Source: Octopus bimaculoides (Eukaryota). From it: a DNA stretch of 51,993 bases. A program made the translations under genes and the position numbers. Where the stretch lies: NCBI RefSeq assembly GCF_001194135.2, contig NC_068987.1:64751261-64803253 (forward strand), given 5' to 3'. The notes beneath the pieces are model-generated. The model was not told the DNA's origin and did no database searches. It was given only the letters and a program-made list of their open reading frames with translations. Positions 50,310-51,993 of the stretch are shown here, piece after piece (within the stretch, counting starts at the first letter, position 1; the number at the start of each line of letters is the position of its first letter).

Positions 50310-51212
50310 CTGCAAGGGTTAAACAAAGAAAAAAAAAAATCAAATAAACAAACACATCAAGCCAAAACTGTTACGAGGTTTACAGTGTTAGATTTAGTTT
50401 TGTTTCTTTCCAGAACCACCCAGTGGACTGCTGAGAATCCATACATAGCTGCAGTTTCCTGGCATGAAACAAATGGGAGTCAACAATGTCTCCGGATAGA
50501 ATGTACTAGTTTATGTATCACAAGATTACAATGAGACGAATGGGCGCAGCTGTTTGGAGTGGGCATTCAGCCTGTTTTGGCGACAGTATAGCTTTGACAC
50601 TGAAGCCAAACACATATGCATGTGCAAAAATATATGTATACTTATACATATACCGAGAGAGAGAGTGGGAAGGAGAGAGAGAGGGAGGGAGAAAGAGAGA
50701 GCAGGAGAGAGAAGAGAAACATTAGAATGTCTGATGTCAAATAAGTCAGCATTGAATCAGTGATGCCAAATAAGCAGCACCAAAACAGCTGTGCTAAAAT
50801 GGTGCCCAACTGACCCTACTCTCCCACAAGACAACATAACAACATTTACTAGATTCTGTGCCAAATGCATTGCTTATTTATTCACATTGTTTTGAATAAA
50901 CCACGCATTAACTTGTAACTTTAAGATTTCGATTGTGTATTCATATATTTTTTTAGAATGACACTGTAGGGCAGGTGTGAGAGGTTGGATCTGGTCAGTT
51001 AACATTAAACAGGTAGAATATTTAGGTCAGATATGAGCGGTTTAGATGCTAAAGGGGTGAACACAAGCAGGATTAATAGTCTGTGTAATGATGCAATGAA
51101 CTAAATACAATAAAACTATATTACTTCATCATTCAAGTTACTCAGATGTGACATTATATATGGATCAAAACTACCAAGATGAATAATAAAGCAAGATAAA
51201 CAAAATCCAGAC

Positions 51213-51284
51213 CTTTGGATGATCACCACACAGATCTGCAACTCTGTCCATCATTCTATCTGAATATTCTAGAACTGTTTTAAT
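51213..51284 (-). CDS. SPICE1: SPICE1 coding exon A (IKTVLEYSDRMMDRVADLCGDHPK), phase 0-0; upstream exons lie outside the window
   Basis: Acceptor ttttcttttAG, donor AAG|GTCTGG, 72 nt. Resembles the recalled human SPICE1 segment MQDVLEKSDHLIAAAKELF. Confidence 0.8.
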
Positions 51285-51827
51285 CTAAAAGAAAAATAAA
51301 AGAACACATGTAACAAAGATCACTTTAAAACATATCTTTGCTGAGTATGTGTATGTGGGTATATAAATACACAAATATAATGCATAGACTTCTCAGCTCT
51401 AGATTCACTCTGTTGCTTCTGCTAAATATTAATGAAAATATATATCTGCTTCTGTTTTCAGTTCTATTTTTCCTGTTTGCATCACCAAACCTCCACACAA
51501 ACACACACAAGCAAACATGTATACATATACACAAATGTACACACAGACATATACATACATACATATGTTTATATGGTTCTTGGTACATTAGTTGGAATCA
51601 TGTTTTAAAAGACATATTTGTGGAAAAACAAGTTGGCAGACAAATTGACCGGAAAACATGTTGCATATTCAAAGAAATGACAGAGAATCCATTGAAATAT
51701 ATGAGTGTATGTGTGTGTGTGTGTGTGTGTGTGCATGCGAGCAAGAGAGAGAGAGAGAGTATGAATTGATGGTTTTCTGTCAGTTTCAATAGTAAGAACT
51801 CACTTGTCTGCTCAAATGAGGAAGGGG

Positions 51828-51993
51828 CAAATTACTTCCTGGAAAGTTTCAGGGAAGGGGAGGATGGAGAGGAATTACTTCCTGGAAAGTTTCGAGGGGA
51901 GGGGGCGAATTACTTCCTGGAAACTTCCAAGGAAGAGGAGGAGGGGAGGAATTACTCCTGGAAAGTTCCAAGAAGAGGAAATACTTCTTGGAA
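51828..51993. repeat. Tandem array with core AATTACTTCCTGGAAAGTT and purine-rich spacers; truncated by the window edge
   Basis: Five copies of the core, three nearly exact, at about 30-45-bp spacing. Confidence 0.9.

Noticed and set aside
51799-51850. GTGAGT donor at 51798-51803 suggesting that the terminal repeat is a SPICE1 exon
   Set aside because: The phase-0 frame has a TGA 17 codons upstream and no similarity to the expected SPICE1 segment.

Overview
This is AT-rich eukaryotic DNA, almost certainly from a coleoid cephalopod and most likely Octopus. The organism call is an inference from the tRNA-derived SINE families, (CAT)n-tailed RTE LINEs and dense TA/CA/ATG microsatellites; three N gaps are also present. 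Two convergent genes are visible. (1) On the + strand, a 932-codon uninterrupted ORF (6184-8982) follows a strong splice acceptor at 6119-6120. It encodes a Ser-rich, probably disordered, NLS-bearing protein that I cannot assign to a family. It carries SCF-betaTrCP-type DSGxxS and APC/C KEN motifs. (2) On the - strand lies a multi-exon SPICE1/CCDC52 (spindle and centriole-associated protein 1) orthologue. I reconstructed 12 phase-consistent coding exons by hand between 51284 and 29839 (738 codons); the N-terminal exons lie beyond the right edge of the window. The rest is introns and intergenic DNA filled with SINEs, RTE-clade LINE fragments, a deleted mariner, a Tigger/pogo fragment, piggyBac- and mariner-type MITEs and simple repeats. 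There are no rRNA, tRNA or CRISPR features. I cannot demonstrate a new multi-gene system. The best leads are: an in-frame TAA 7 nt before a splice donor in SPICE1, with in-phase downstream exon candidates (possible truncation, error or stop recoding); a hidden alternative last exon for the orphan gene that would delete its KEN degron; a 4-kb CpG-retaining block bracketed by the two candidate hidden terminal exons; a 52-bp intronic hairpin; inverted SINE pairs bracketing two SPICE1 exons; and a tandem array of STAT/ETS-type sites at the right edge. Comparisons to human SPICE1 and to TE consensus proteins are from memory, not from a search.
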